Assembly (NCBI GenBank): GCA_003427395.1
Contig: BFEA01000015.1
Span: 6,633,859 to 6,697,858 of the forward strand
Reading direction: 5' to 3'
DNA: 64,000 nt
Origin: Chara braunii
Lineage: Eukaryota > Plantae > Charophyceae
In this document: in pieces, positions 25,001-38,156 of the stretch
How positions within the stretch are numbered: the stretch's first letter is position 1
Layout of the letters: each line of letters begins with the position of its first letter
Translations under genes and position numbers: made by a program
Notes under the pieces: model-generated
The model's input: the letters and a program-made list of their open reading frames with translations, nothing else
What the model was told of the DNA's origin: nothing
Database searches by the model: none

Positions 25001-28000
25001 GGAGGAATTGACCTAACTCCTATCGCTCTAGCACAAGGCGAGCCTCTAAAGCAACTACCTGTCAATCTGACACTCAAACCAAGTAGTAGCCTCACTCAGC
25101 CTCATGCAGGCCAAACCACAAAGGTAAGTACTCTCGCCACCCCAAATCAATCTTTGCAAATAATAGTTCGTAACTTCTCAATGCTTTATCCCCTTATACC
25201 CAGCTTACATAGGGCATAAAATCAAGCCGTCCAATCTTACGGAACTTGCCTGACTCAGCCATTGAGTATACACGAACAGGTTGCACAACTACTTTTCTCT
25301 TCTTTTGAGGCATACGATCAGGCCGTTCATCTTAGAACAGGGCTTAGTCGCCCAGAACTGTTTAATATCCAACTTATATATATATCTATGAGCTTAGTGT
25401 TCAGAAGTTGGGCATAGGACCGAGCCGTTCATCTTAGAACAAGGCCCGGCCTGCCTTGGGTTACCTTCAATTATACTCTTAATTATACTCTCTTCATTTT
25501 ATGATAAGCTATAGCCAGGCCGTCCAATTTTATGGAACCCATGTCTGGCTAGCCTGTTCATACGTAGGATGGTATAAAATATAATCAAAATTTAGCCTTT
25601 TGGGTTCCAGCATGTGCAAGGCTTTGGGCCAGACCGTCCAATCTTATGGAACACATCTGGTCCTTTGCCAAGTTCGTTTCTCTCTGATCCACTGTGCGCG
25701 GCATGGGTCCAAGGTCGTCCAATCTTATGGACATGCTTTGGCCTCTGCGAGAATTACCCCCTCAGAATAAAACAAGACGGGGGGTTGAGCCGTCCAATCT
25801 TATGGACTTGCTCAGACCTCCTCGATCAGAAACAAAAGAAACAGAACAAACCCCAATCAAACACGGCAACCAAACCCTTCAATCTTATTGTACAGGTTCG
25901 GCCCCTGAAAAGTCAGCCACAATCAAACCCTCACAATTCAGAGCAATCAGACCATCCAATCTTATGGAACTGGTCTGACTCTCCATGCAAAATCAGAAAT
26001 AAACACAGCGGTCAGGCCATCCAATCTTATGAAACTTGTCTGACTCTCCATGCAAACTCAGAAATAAACACAGCGGTCAGGCCGTCCAATCTTATGGAAC
26101 TGGTCCCTGTCAGCGTCAAGCAAAACCACCTTTTACCCACCCTTCCCCCAGATGCCCCCCCTTGTGTTCACAATCTGCCCCCAAGCAATCAACAAACTGA
26201 GACTGCGATTGCACACACATTTCTTTATTTAGTCTGTCTTGTGTCCTGCCAGTCAATCCAAAGTCAAGGTAGGGGTGCATACAGTATACTCAGTCAAACA
26301 TATGGGGATGTACAAATAAGGGCTATATCAGGGTGTATAGAGGGAAGGGAGTGGTTACCTCTCAATTCCTTGCCTCCAGAGCCTCGCCTAGGCTCCGGCA
26401 GAGCTCCCGCAATCGGTGGGGCAACCTCCCACAAAGGCCTTCGCGAGGATTACGGGTTGCAATCCCGCCTGCCGCCTTCCTCTCAGAACCAATGGACTAG
26501 ACTTAGAATGAGGAAGGCAGAAATAGAGAGTTGAGTCTCTCAGATACAAGAAGATGCTCTCAGACTCGCAGGAGAGGGCCTTGGTACCTTCATACGCCTG
26601 AGGGCCCCACAATGGCAGCCAAGGTATATAGCAACTTGGTCAACAAAAGTCCAACCTCCTACTGTTGACCCTCCGGCGACCTTCCAATCAAGAATAATAT
26701 CCTCTCTTCCGAACGAAACCGGACTCGCCGTAGAGCCCGCGACTCGAAATATGAGGACTATGGGTGAGCCCTCTGGCTTGAGGCTCCTCATCAGCCACTT
26801 CACTTAATAGGAAGGATTGTGCGGCGGCCAACCGCCTAGTACCGCCTCTCGGCTGACCTGCCGTGGCTTCGTTTAACAATAGCCGCCTTGCCGGCAAAAA
26901 ATGAGAGTCTGCAGTTCTCACAGTCTGCCTCTTATCGCTCCGTTCTGCAGTCAATCAGCATACCAGCCAGCAGGCAAGGCTGCAGCCCTGTTACTGTCTC
27001 TCTACTTCTCCCCTCACTGAGGTAGGCAACTGGTCAGCCAAATGGGCAGATCTCCCCTTGCTGCCCGACCAATAAGGTGAGCAGCTTACTGGTCAACAGA
27101 TAGGTACTCGACCCGCCCTTCTCCTTGTCGCCGCCTACCCTGCAGCTAGCTTAATTAACGGATCATCAGTCTGCTGGTCAGTAGGTAACTCCCGTGGCCG
27201 ACGTTCTCCCTTGGGCGCAAGTTTGTTCTTTCACAATGCTCAAACCGTTCTCTTGAAGTCGGATCCGCCACCGCTAGTCAGTCCCCCATACCAGAGAGAC
27301 CCGCACTAATCTCTTTTCCTACTCAATTTCATTAAGAGTCGAGCGGGACGCTTATTTCTAGCCCCCGCCCTGCCCTTCTCTTCGCCTACGCCACTGTTGT
27401 CCTCTCCTGCATGCACCTGGCGCCCGCCCTCGTCTAAGTTCACCCTCCTTTTTCTCCCCTCCTAACTTTTATCCCACTACCCCTTCGTTAACGCTAACTT
27501 CAATGTCGGATTTGCCCGACATCCAACCCCCAATCAAACCCCTCCACTTACTCGATTTCGTTATGAATCGAGTGGGGAATTCGCTTTCCTTCCTCCCACC
27601 ATAGCTTTACGCAGCAGCTTTTTCAACTAACCCCTTTCCTACTAATCTTTTACTAAATCTAACTACAGATTCGGGATCGCCTTTCCCGAAAACTCCAGTT
27701 TTGAGCCTCCACCCGAGTGATTCCGCCCAGGATTGCACGCACTACTCTCTCCCCGCTGTGCCAAGCTCACTGCCCCGCCATCTTCGTTTTCTTATCATGC
27801 ATGCACTCGGCGCACTTTCGAGCCCGGGTTCATTCCCCTCATGGTGTTGTGTTCGGCCCTCTGACTTCCTTCTTTGCAGTTACTCGTCGCCCCTCGATAC
27901 TGCGCTGCGTAGCGCTGCTAGCCCCTCGTTGCACCCGTCACCCCTCTCCTCACGATCTCTTCTTCCCGCATGTACCCGGCGCCCACCGTCGTCCGGGTTC

Positions 28001-29283
28001 ATCCGCTGCTGTACCCCTGCGCTATCCCCTCCCGCCGTGTCATGCTGCCTCCTGCTTCTCTCTCCGCTTCCATCCCCGTTTCTTCCTTTCTTCGAACGAA
28101 TTCGGTGCAAAAGTGCGTCCGGATTCCCTCCTCTTTGCGCCTGCCTACCCTGCCCTGTTGTCGTCACCCCGACCTCCCTGCTCCCCGGTAGAAGTTAGCG
28201 TGGCCACGTCCTTCCCGACTGCCCTGATTGTCGAAACTTTTCGACGGACAAAACTCCAGGTCGCCCCGACCAATCCTCCACTTTAACCACTCTCCGCGCT
28301 ACACAGGCTGGCCAACTCCGCCACCCTCATCTGAACCCGGCGGGACCCTCGACTAGGTCCCCTCCCCCTCTTGTGTGCTACCTTCACGCTGGGGCGGGGC
28401 CGCGCAAACCTCCTCTGCGCAGTTCCAATTGTAACGGGCACCCCAAAGGACCTAATCGAGGTGGTGCCCCACCCACGGTTCTTCGAAACTTGAACTCTCG
28501 GTCGAGGCACCGCGTCCCAGGTCAAACGGGACCTCACACAATAACGAAAGTAATAAAAAAATATAAAAAAATAAAACGGTAACAAGGGCGAAATAAGATA
28601 ATCATAACCCAAAAAATCCCGAGCAAGATGTGGAGGCCGCGACGCCCTACCGGCCCCATGGACCCGGTCCACTGTCGCGTCCATCAGCAAAAGCCGAAGG
28701 GGGACAGCCCCGTCGGGCCCTCAACCCCCTCAGCTTTTCCATACACTCCGTTACCGCCGCGTCAACGCCGCTGGCCTCGATCCCTACACTTCCACCGCAA
28801 TAGTCCAATACCATAACCAATAGGGCTAAGCCCAAGCCTGGTGCAATGGAGCGCGAACTCCAATATGAGGAGGTGTCGTGCCGCGCTTAGGCCTGGGAAC
28901 AACAGCTTGGGCCTTCCTGTCCAACCACAACCGCCACGCCATCACCAGGCACCGACACCAGCCTACTTGAGCCGCGCCGTGGCTATCCCACGGGCCACCC
29001 CGCGCGCCAGTCCTACCATCGGTCGTGCATGTCGACCCAAAAGCGGACTTTTATCCCTTAGTCAAAACCGTAGCACGGTCCAGGTTGGTCGACTAGGCCG
29101 ACCGTTCACTCAATCAAAGAAATCATACGAGCGCCTTAATTCGCGCCCTCACATACCCCCTAACTTAGCCAGGGCGGGTCTCGGACGCGGTCGTGCCTCG
29201 CACGACTTATTTCAACCAAACTCATTGTTCCCTGTCATCTGCAAAAACCCAGGGATACCCTTGTAAGGGTATTCGCGCCGACA
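22008..29283 (-). repeat. 5' LTR (includes N gap 22062-22541)
   Basis: Starts tgtcgagcacatcgg at 22008 and ends ttcgcgccgaca at 29283. Lacks ~50 bp present at ~9564-9613 in the other LTR. Confidence 0.95.
25220..26105 (+). repeat. Array of 11 ATCTTA-loop stem-loops in the 5' LTR
   Basis: Counterpart of 6471-7366, with the same number and order of units. Confidence 0.85.
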
Positions 29284-30258
29284 GCGGCCCTCAGCAGCGC
29301 CCTGCTTCAACACACGACCGCACGTGCGCAACACCTTGCTTCAGCGCTAGCAGCCAGCACACGAGCGACTACTCCAGCAGCGCTGCCGCCAGCCAGCAAG
29401 TCCGTTAATCCCTCTCGAGGCAGCGCGTTTTTTCCTAAATGGAAAAAGCCTGCCTTCCACGGCAGCCTGACTGGCATGGGTCTCTGTCGAAAAGCTTCTA
29501 GTAGGCCCCAGGAGGTTGTGCCTTCGATGCTGCTGCTGAGCCTCTGTTCTATTAGGCCTCCCAACTGTCTGTGTACGAGGTTGCGATTCTTGACCAGGGC
29601 CTGCGTTTTCGAAAAGGCCTAAAAGACCATGGAATGTCTTTGCTGCTCGGTATGTATTTCCCTCAACCAAGTGGCGTGTCACAACTGCCTAAACCCCAAA
29701 TACAAAATTGACCGCCGAGGGCCTCTCGTGTTTTGTTAGGCCCGCCATCACTTAGGGCGGGCGCATCTTCAACAGGGCCCCCTTAGGCCTACCGAGGATT
29801 CAGATCCTCGCATTATCCTCAAAAATAAGATTTATATTTATTTTTTGAATCGTTTGAAATTTTATGTTTGGTACTTCTTCAATGTATCTTGGTAAATTCT
29901 AACACCCGTAGAGCATGCGTTTCTTTTCAATCTATAAATCAGAATCTTAGTTGGTGTTATTAGTGAATTTTATATTCCACGGTAACTTTTATAATTATAT
30001 TTTGAATTATTCAAAAGTGTATTTTTGGTACTGCTTGAGTGTATTTTTGTAAATTATTACATTTGGGGAACATACAGAAGTTGGTGTTCAACTGACATTT
30101 CGAGTAGCAAATTTTATTCTACCTAGATCAATAGGGTTGTGCTCAATATTTCATATATATGGAATTAGCTAAAAAATGAATTGTTTTTCTTGTATACCTT
30201 GTGATTCGTACTTTTTTTGTTGGTACATGAAATAAGGAATCTATAATATTGTTGTAGT

Positions 30259-31002
30259 CAAGGTAACCGGCATTTGGGACGGTCCAAACGCCCGAATCTG
30301 AACTCTCGAACGTATGGGACCCCTTGGGGATGCGTTCGGTCATTCGAGTCGAACACGGAGGAAAAAAAAATAAAAAAATAAAACAAATAAAACAAATATG
30401 AAAAAATGATATGTTATAAAGAAAAATAAATAAAACAAGATTTCCCTGAGCATTACATCTAAATTCCTTCCCAAATTTGAAATACAAATAAAATACGGAG
30501 AACAAATGCTAATAAATAAATAAAAAAATTAAAAAAAAAAAAAATTTAGTGAGTGTGCGAGCACGTTTTCGACATCGCCATCTTTGGTGATTTTTTATTT
30601 CTTTTTGGCATAGCCAAATTTCGTATAAATTTACAGATGTGTACTTCCCATAGTCCAAAACCCACTTAAAAAGTTTCAAAAAATAATAAAATTGTTTAGA
30701 CCCCGAACTAAAATGAAAACAAAAAGTAAAAAGTGAAAAACAAAAGTGGGTGAGCACGTTTTGACACCGCCATCGTTGGCGATTTTTAATTTTTATTTGG
30801 TAGAGCCAAATAACGTCAAAATTTATATACATGTACCTCACGTTATAGAGAGCTCACAAAGAACAATTTAGAAAAACAACATTATTTTTATGCCTCAAAA
30901 TATTTTTTTGTGGGGGTCGAACGCCTTCGGGTTCGGACCTCGAACACCCGTACGTATGGAGGTCGGCCCGGGGAGCTCCGTACATACGTGCTGGTGACCC
31001 TG
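30259..31002. mobile_element. Non-autonomous hAT-type element, family A (diverged copy)
   Basis: Imperfect TIRs CAAGGTAACC / GGTGACCCTG. 8-bp TSD gttgtagt / gttatagt (7/8). Internal similarity to 62521-63281. Confidence 0.75.
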
Positions 31003-32631
31003 GTTATAGTTATTCTTGATTAATAAAAATATATTTTAAGTCATTGATAAATCAATCCTGCAAATATATGATACATAACAAAATCATTTGATCATCCTAC
31101 AAAATTTTGGAATCACACCGATTTTGATGTTGATATTTAACAAAATTTTTAATGATAATTGATAGTTAACTGAGATAAACTTGCTAGCTTTATTCAAACT
31201 GAGTTTTTTTCTCACAAACCTTTATACTTTAAACCACCACTCCTCCCGCCACTTGAACATAACCCTTTCCGTGAGCTTGGTCAACTTTTGAGGGAAGGTG
31301 GCGACTGAAGGCCAAAACGGCGAACTTAGTCTCTCAATTTCAACGTGACAACTTTGATGACTTTTGACGCTAGAAAAAATTTACAAAAAATTTTAAAATT
31401 TTAAGCATCAATGTATTATACCGTGAACTTTCAAGGAAAAATATTTAAAAAATAAATAAAAGAATCATTTTGAATGTGTCAAAGACTTTTAAAATGTAAT
31501 TATTAAAAAGTTTACATACTCTCACTTAAGACAACTTAAACAATTGTCGCACTGATTCGGTGCATGTTATAGTTTTGTCATTGTGTCATATGTGGGCCCG
31601 CGAGAAAAGTACTTTATTTTCTATGATTTTTTGCGCTTCAAAATATACGTCAAAGACTCTGAAAATTTGAGGGTCCGTAAATTTGATCGTGATCTGTCAA
31701 TAAAAATATTTTAAGAAATTAAAATTTTGCTTAAACTACGAAATAAATCGCGGAGGCAATCTAACACATTTTTAATTTTTGCTACTTTGTCAGTTTTTCA
31801 TATTGTGCTACCGGTAACCCTAACTAACTTGTGCTACGGGTCCCCCCAATTTGTTGACGTCAGGGGAAATAGTTGTTTAAGTTGTCTTAGATAAAGGTCT
31901 GTAAACTCTTTGATAATGATAACAGTTGGTAATGTCAAATAATTGCATATAAAATTATTATATTAGACTTGGACACTTAATTTTGATGGCATGCAAAGGA
32001 CACGAACCCGGAGGATAAAATATTCCCCTGCTCTCATATATATTGGAATGGGTTACTAGGTTAAACTCCATTTAAATTTATTTGAGATGTTATTGTCTAA
32101 AAGTGGAGTCAGACGTTAGATTATGATGTTTAAGTTATGAAACTCTTATTAACCCATTATCAAGAATAAATGGCAGATGTCATGTGCTATAGATTGATTG
32201 TTAATATTGATTGCTATCCTTGTTAGCTTCTCCATCTGTTGTGTTGCTGCAAAAAATCCTTAAAGAGGACCTGAAATGTAAAAAGTGTAGATAGGTATAT
32301 GAGCTAACACCTCTATGTATGGATTGACTAACTTCTAAATGGGATACAAGATTGGTGGAAAAAACTGTGAGATTTATATTATGTTATTTTTTTTTGTTGA
32401 AAGAGAGTTTGAGTTTTGTAGGGAGGGATCCCAATAAGCTCAAACACTAAGAACGGTTAGATATATCTGACACAAATTTTTGAAACTGTTAGTTGTATAG
32501 TAACTTAGAAACATAAAATATGCAAATCTTTATTGTTAGATAAATAAGCAACAAGAAAACTTATGACATGTCCAACTATTTTCTTAGACAAATAATCATA
32601 GTATAAATAAGGATTAAGATAAACAAGGGGG

Positions 32632-32634
<3 letters not shown>

Positions 32635-32709
<75 letters not shown>
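32635..32709. repeat. (AG)n microsatellite
   Basis: Direct inspection. Confidence 0.95.
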
Positions 32710-32711
<2 letters not shown>

Positions 32712-33338
32712 CCCACTCTTGCTTTTTTAGTTTGTTGCTTCCTCTCACAACATGTAGAATAAACAAAATATGACCGTATGTCTTTCCCTGATCTAAGAAA
32801 AGATTTTTTTGTTTTGCATGTTCGGTGAGTTGTGGATCGAGGTCTTTTTGTTTCATTTGTTATCTTATTGGAAATGTAATATGCAATATATGCAAATCGC
32901 AGGCTCTGACCTCCAGAAAAGCGCAAGGTAATGTCCTATTCAAATACATCATCGTTTTCCTTTTGAAATTCAAATAGAACTCTCATGTGTTGCGAGCAAA
33001 ACCCATATGCGTTCTACTCGAAGCGTCCTGCTATTGAAAAAAATAGACCAACTTTTGAAAAATCAAACTTATTTCCACAAGGCTCGAAAATACAACATAT
33101 GCCTTAGTTTCGGGGGAATACGATAGGGTTGTTGGTCCCTTGCAAGTTTTTTGAGGACGGTCATCGCGTTTGGCGCCAAGTGCAGCACGGATCGTTTACC
33201 CGTTTACCAGCGACTACTACTGGTACCTCTTGCCAAGCTTCGTCGGCGGTCTACCCCTACCAGTACCAGGTAGGTCCCACCTACGCAAATCCAGGGCCAG
33301 AACTAAAGAACACGCACAAGCGCGGGGCGTCAGCAGTC

Positions 33339-33442
33339 CCCAGGGCCAAGTCCCACTTACGCTGATTCTTCATTTCTGGCCGTTGATCTTCCAATCTACG
33401 GTCAGAAGTTGAGATTTCGGGTAAGTGGGACTTGGCCCCTGG
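33339..33442. repeat. ~104-bp near-palindrome upstream of RBX1
   Basis: GGGCCAAGTCCCACTTAC (33343-33360) and GTAAGTGGGACTTGGCCC (33421-33438) form a perfect 18-bp inverted repeat. Nested inside is TTCTGGCCGTTGA / TCTACGGTCAGAA. Confidence 0.85.
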
Positions 33443-33742
33443 TCAGTCAAATCGGGGTCCGCAGCACGGCGCTGTAGAGTAACAAAAGGTGGAAAAACCG
33501 GTGGCGTGCTGACAACCATCGCCCAACTTGGTGGAGGCGGATCCTCTTTGCGATCACAAGCGCGAAGTTTTGAGCGCCAAGTTTTCGAATCGAGCCCTTC
33601 TGTGCCCGCTCTCGAATAAGGTTTGCTGGCTGATTCCGTTTTGCGATTCCATTTGGACGCGAGCATCCCGTTAGCCTACCGGCCCGTCGTGTTCCGTTAC
33701 TGCTGTCCTGAGAGTAGTAAGCAGGAGATCGATTGCAGCAAG

Positions 33743-33860
33743 ATGTCGACAGGTGAGACTTCGCTGATGGGAGAGGCGGGGGGCTCCACGTCAGCAGGAA
33801 GCAGACGACCAAAACGCTTCGAGATCAAGAAGTGGAACGCTGTTGCGCTTTGGGCTTGGG
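33743..33860 (+). CDS. RBX1: RING-box protein 1 (cullin-RING/SCF E3 subunit), exon 1 of 5
   Basis: [39 protein letters not shown]; donor G|gtatcg. Confidence 0.95.
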
Positions 33861-36800
33861 GTATCGTATATTCCCCCTCACTTGTCCTCCCTCCTTTCCC
33901 CTGGTTTCCCCTGGTTTCCCTTGGTTTGCCTTGGTTTGCCTGGGGTTGCCCCTTGTTTCCGCTGGTTTTCCTTTGCTCGCCCCTCCTTTCCCCCCTCGTT
34001 TCCACCTTCCTTCTCCCTCCTTCCCCACTCCTTACCCGCTTCTTTTCACTCCTTTCGCCTCCTATCCCCTCTTTTCCCCGCTCCTTTCCCTCTCCTCTCC
34101 CCTCCCCCTCCCCTCGTTTCCCCCTTCCTTTCCCCCTTCCTTTCCCCTTTCCTTTCCCCCTTCCTTCGCCCCCTCGTCTCCCCCTTCCTCCTCTCCAATC
34201 CCCTCCTTTCCCCTCCTNNNNNNNNNNNNNNNNNNNNNNNNNNNNNNNNNNNNNNNNNNNNNNNNNNNNNNNNNNNNNNNNNNNNNNNNNNNNNNNNNNN
34301 NNNNNNNNNNNNNNNNNNNNNNNNNNNNNNNNNNNNNNNNNNNNNNNNNNNNNNNNNNNNNNNNNNNNNNNNNNNNNNNNNNNNNNTCTCCCCCTTCCCC
34401 TTCCTCTTTTCTGCCTCTTCCTCTTCCCTGTTTGCTTCTCAGGAACATCCCCCCTCACCCGTGTTTTACTCGGTTCCTATCCTATTAGAGCGCAGGCATC
34501 GGCTCTTCTTTTCATCATGCTGCTGCAGGTTGTCTCCCGCCGTCTTTACCCTGGGTGTCCTGTCTGTATGGAGCGTAAGAATCCGGGCAGATACAGGCGA
34601 TTGCCGAGGCGTTCTATGCTATGGAAGACGGATTGCTTGGGGTGTCTGGAATGACTGTGATGGATAACTGTTTTCTCCTCCTCTCGTGTTTAGCGGCTTT
34701 CTCATTCTGTCCCGTTTTCTCTCTGTGCTCCCTCTCTCCTGTTGTCGTCTCTGATGCGCACTCTGTTCATGTCGTTGAGCCCGCGCCTTCGTCTGTTTCC
34801 CGGGCATATGTATTTCCAAGGGCATACTCACACTAGCACTTTCCTTACTTATTTTTGGACGCTATTGCGGCCAGATACATCCAAGCAGGGCCGTAATTAA
34901 GTGAAGATACATTCAAGATTGTTTTACTGTGAGTATGCTCTAAAATAAATTATAGTGTGACTAAATGATGAACGAGACGGGGATAACACTGAGGGCCTTG
35001 GTTCCGCTACTCAACCAAATGTGCAAAAAATGAGAATGAATCTTCCGCTTAAACATGGGAAGATACCCCGCCATCTTTTAAATCGTTTTGGTGGAGCGAC
35101 ACCCCCTTTATCTTCGTGAACCCCCAATCGATTTGTTGTGGAGGTAGGGGAGGGAGGCTTGTACGGAGTACGGTGAGCTAAAGGGGTCACTTCACTTCGC
35201 GTTGATGACCCGTTTACTCAGTTGGCCATTTCCCTTCCTCTCTCCCTTTCTTCTCCTCCCTCCCTCTCGCCCTTCTCCCCCCCCCCCCCCCCTCTCTCTT
35301 TGTTTTCTCTCCTTCCCTCCATTCCTCCCTCTTCTGCAGGAGTTAAGACCCTTGCCATGCGGGAAAAGGGAAGGGGACTGAAATGAGAAATAGCTAGCGG
35401 GAGTGATTGGGGTTTAATTTTTTTTAATTAATGAACAGTTCAAAGTGGTAGCCAGCCATTCTCCCTTCTTTCGTCTTTTCTTCTCCTCCCTCCCTCTCGC
35501 CTTTCTTCCTCCCTCCTTGATTTCTCTCCTTCCGTCCGTTCCTCCCGTTTCTCCCTCTGACGACTTGGATGGCTGCCATGCGGGAAAGGGAAAGGGATGG
35601 GAAATAGAAATAACGGGAGGGAGTGGGTGGGTTTAATGACCCGTTCAAAGTGGAGGCCATTCCCCTTCCTCCTCCCTCTCGCCCTTCTCCCCCCCCCCTT
35701 CTCCCCCTTCCCCCCCCCTCTCCTTTATTTCTCTCCTTCCCTCCATTCCTCCCGCTTCTCCGTGTGGGAAAGGGACAAGGATGCAAAAGAGATATAGCGG
35801 GAGGGAGTGGGTGTTCATTACCAATTCGAATAGGTGCTCTCCCTCTCTCTCCCTCTCTCTCTCTCTCTCTCGGTCTTTGTGAATTTTTGGAATTGTGCCG
35901 TTGTTATCCGACGTGGAAATTTTGACCTAGGACAGCTGTTGACTTGGCACAGGGTTGAGAGTTAAGACGAACGTGCGTGCACGTGCAGAATTGGTTAACA
36001 CGTGTCTATGGGGAGTGCCGGTCAATAGGGACTCTCGCTCCACTACTCTCCACATGCACAAACGACGAAAAATATGGCGCGTGCATCTTCCCATGTCTTA
36101 GCGGAAGATTCGTTCTCATTTTGCACGTTCGCAGAGTAGTGGATCGAGGCCCATAGAGTGCCCGATTACCGACCGAGTGTATGGACAAAATCGACTGATC
36201 AGTGCTCCCAAACGACGACGAGAAAAACAGAAATGGAGAGCCGTGGTCAACCGACGTGGAATGTTTGACCGAGGACAGCTGCTGACGTGGCATAGGAGGT
36301 TGAGGTCGTGCGCGTGCAGAAGTGGTTAGGTTGATTGTCTATGAAGTACCCTCTTACCGATCGTATGGAAACGATCGATTGATAACCGCGGCGAACGACG
36401 GGAAAAGCAGAAAAGGAGAGCGAAATGGAGAGCGATGGACGGGAGGAAGATTGGTGGAAAAGAAAGATGGGAGAGGGAAGGAGGAGAAGGGGAGGAGGAG
36501 GATGGCATGGACGGGCAGAGGATGATAAGGAAAGATGGCAGAGGATGGGAAGAGGAGAGATGGAGGAGGAGAGATGGAGGAGGAGAAAGGGAGGAGGAGA
36601 AAGGGAGGAGGAGAAAGGGAGGAGATCGGAACGAGGGCAGGTGAAGAGGGGATAGAGAGAGAAAGGCAGAAAGGCCCGGGAAGGGAGGGGGAAGGGAGGT
36701 AGAGAGAAGAAATGGGAGACGGGGAGGGAGGAAAAAGGGACGGAAGTAATGGGAAGGGCGACGAGTGAAAGGAGGGAGGGAAAGGATGGGGCAGGACGGG

Positions 36801-36977
36801 AGGGAAAACGAAGGAAAGCGGAGAGAGAGAGAGAGAGAGAGAGAGATTGGGGGGGCGTTAAGGAAGAAGAAGAGGTAATTATGTACGCCCAACAGGGAGA
36901 GAAGAAGGCGGTTATGAGGAGCACGTCGGTTTGGAAGTCGATTATGAGGGCCACGACGGTGGTTCCCGAACACACTA

Positions 36978-37082
36978 CCGTCTTCCCTCGAATACAACGC
37001 ACCCTTCGTTATGGCTGTACGGAACCGGAAACATAGCTTGCATACATTCATTGTCAGGTGCGTTGTGCTCTGGGAAAGGCGG
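36978..37082. mobile_element. ~105-bp Tc1/mariner-type MITE
   Basis: TA|CCGTCTTCCCTCGAATACAACGCACC...GGTGCGTTGTGCTCTGGGAAAGGCGG|TA. Confidence 0.7.
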
Positions 37083-37578
37083 TAGAGGGGGGAAAACGGG
37101 AATATAGGAGGGAGAGGGGGAGAACAAGAAAAGCATAAAAAGAGGCGGCGAGGATCAGCTGGCGCGGGAAGAGAGGACAAGGAAGAATCAGTAGCAAGAA
37201 AGCATTCGAAAGGAGAAGAAGATCGTGGAGGACGGGGAGAAGGAGAAGGATAAGAAAAGGGATAAGACGGAAAAAAAGCTTTCAGGAACGGTTGCAGTAG
37301 GACGTTTAAAGGAAGAATGAGGTAGAGGTATATGGGGGAGGACGAGGAGGAGGAGGGGGTCAGAAATCTTACGAATACGACAAGTACGGATAAGATTAAT
37401 AATAATACAATAATAAAAAGAAGGAGAAGGAACAGAAGTGGTTGATCGGTGTTAGTTATGGAAGTATTAGTAGTGATACCAGTAAACGATGAAGAAGAAG
37501 AAGGCTGATCAGAGACGAGGAGGGGAAGGATGAACAATAGTAACAATAAATGGTATTAATATTAACAACAATAATAAT

Positions 37579-38117
37579 CTAGGCTACCAGCCGGGCCGCC
37601 CGGATCACCCTATTTTCCCGGACGGCCCGGCCGTGCAAGGACCAGGGAAGGTCCTAGCGAAAAAAAAAAAAAAAATCCGGAAAAAAACTATGTTATGCAG
37701 AAAAATAACAATTTTTAAAGGCTTATTCTTTTTAAGCCCAACCAATTCAATTTACCTGTCGAATCTGGACAGGACGTCCTTTCAGGCCTTTTTTTTATTG
37801 TCATTATAGTATTACGGGGAACCCTGTAGCTGCCACATCCGTGCTCAAGCCTCCAACGAGGGAACATGCGGGAGCTGCACCCACCCACCAGCAGGTGGTG
37901 CGACACCTTCTGCTACAGCAGGTGGGCGATACCGGCCAGAGGTCAGCCTGATGGTAGCATCAGGACCGAGCTTCTTCTTCGATGGGCCAGTCGCTGTGCC
38001 TCCCCTCCGTCTTTGCCAAATTTAAAATACAAAATAAAGTAAAAAAATAATTTATTATTATTATTATTTTTTTTGGCACTGCCGGGCAAGTGGCCCCGGG
38101 CCACTCTGGTAGCCTAG
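37579..38117. mobile_element. Non-autonomous hAT-type element, family B
   Basis: Perfect 12-bp TIRs CTAGGCTACCAG / CTGGTAGCCTAG. 8-bp TSD ATAATAAT, inserted in an (AAT)n tract. Confidence 0.8.

Positions 38118-38156
<39 letters not shown>

Larger units (their letters stand above)
3453..29283 (-). mobile_element. Full-length but decayed Ty3/Gypsy LTR retrotransposon, ~25.8 kb
   Basis: Two ~7.1-kb direct repeats, each bounded by TGTCG...CGACA. GCGG is duplicated at 3449-3452 and 29284-29287. PBS is next to the right-hand LTR. Minus-strand domain order is gag-PR-RT-RH-INT (Gypsy order). Confidence 0.96.

Noticed and set aside
33623-34654. 343-aa ORF as a single-exon gene
   Set aside because: Only 33743-33860 is coding (RBX1 exon 1). 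The rest reads through the donor into a CT-rich intron and a gap.
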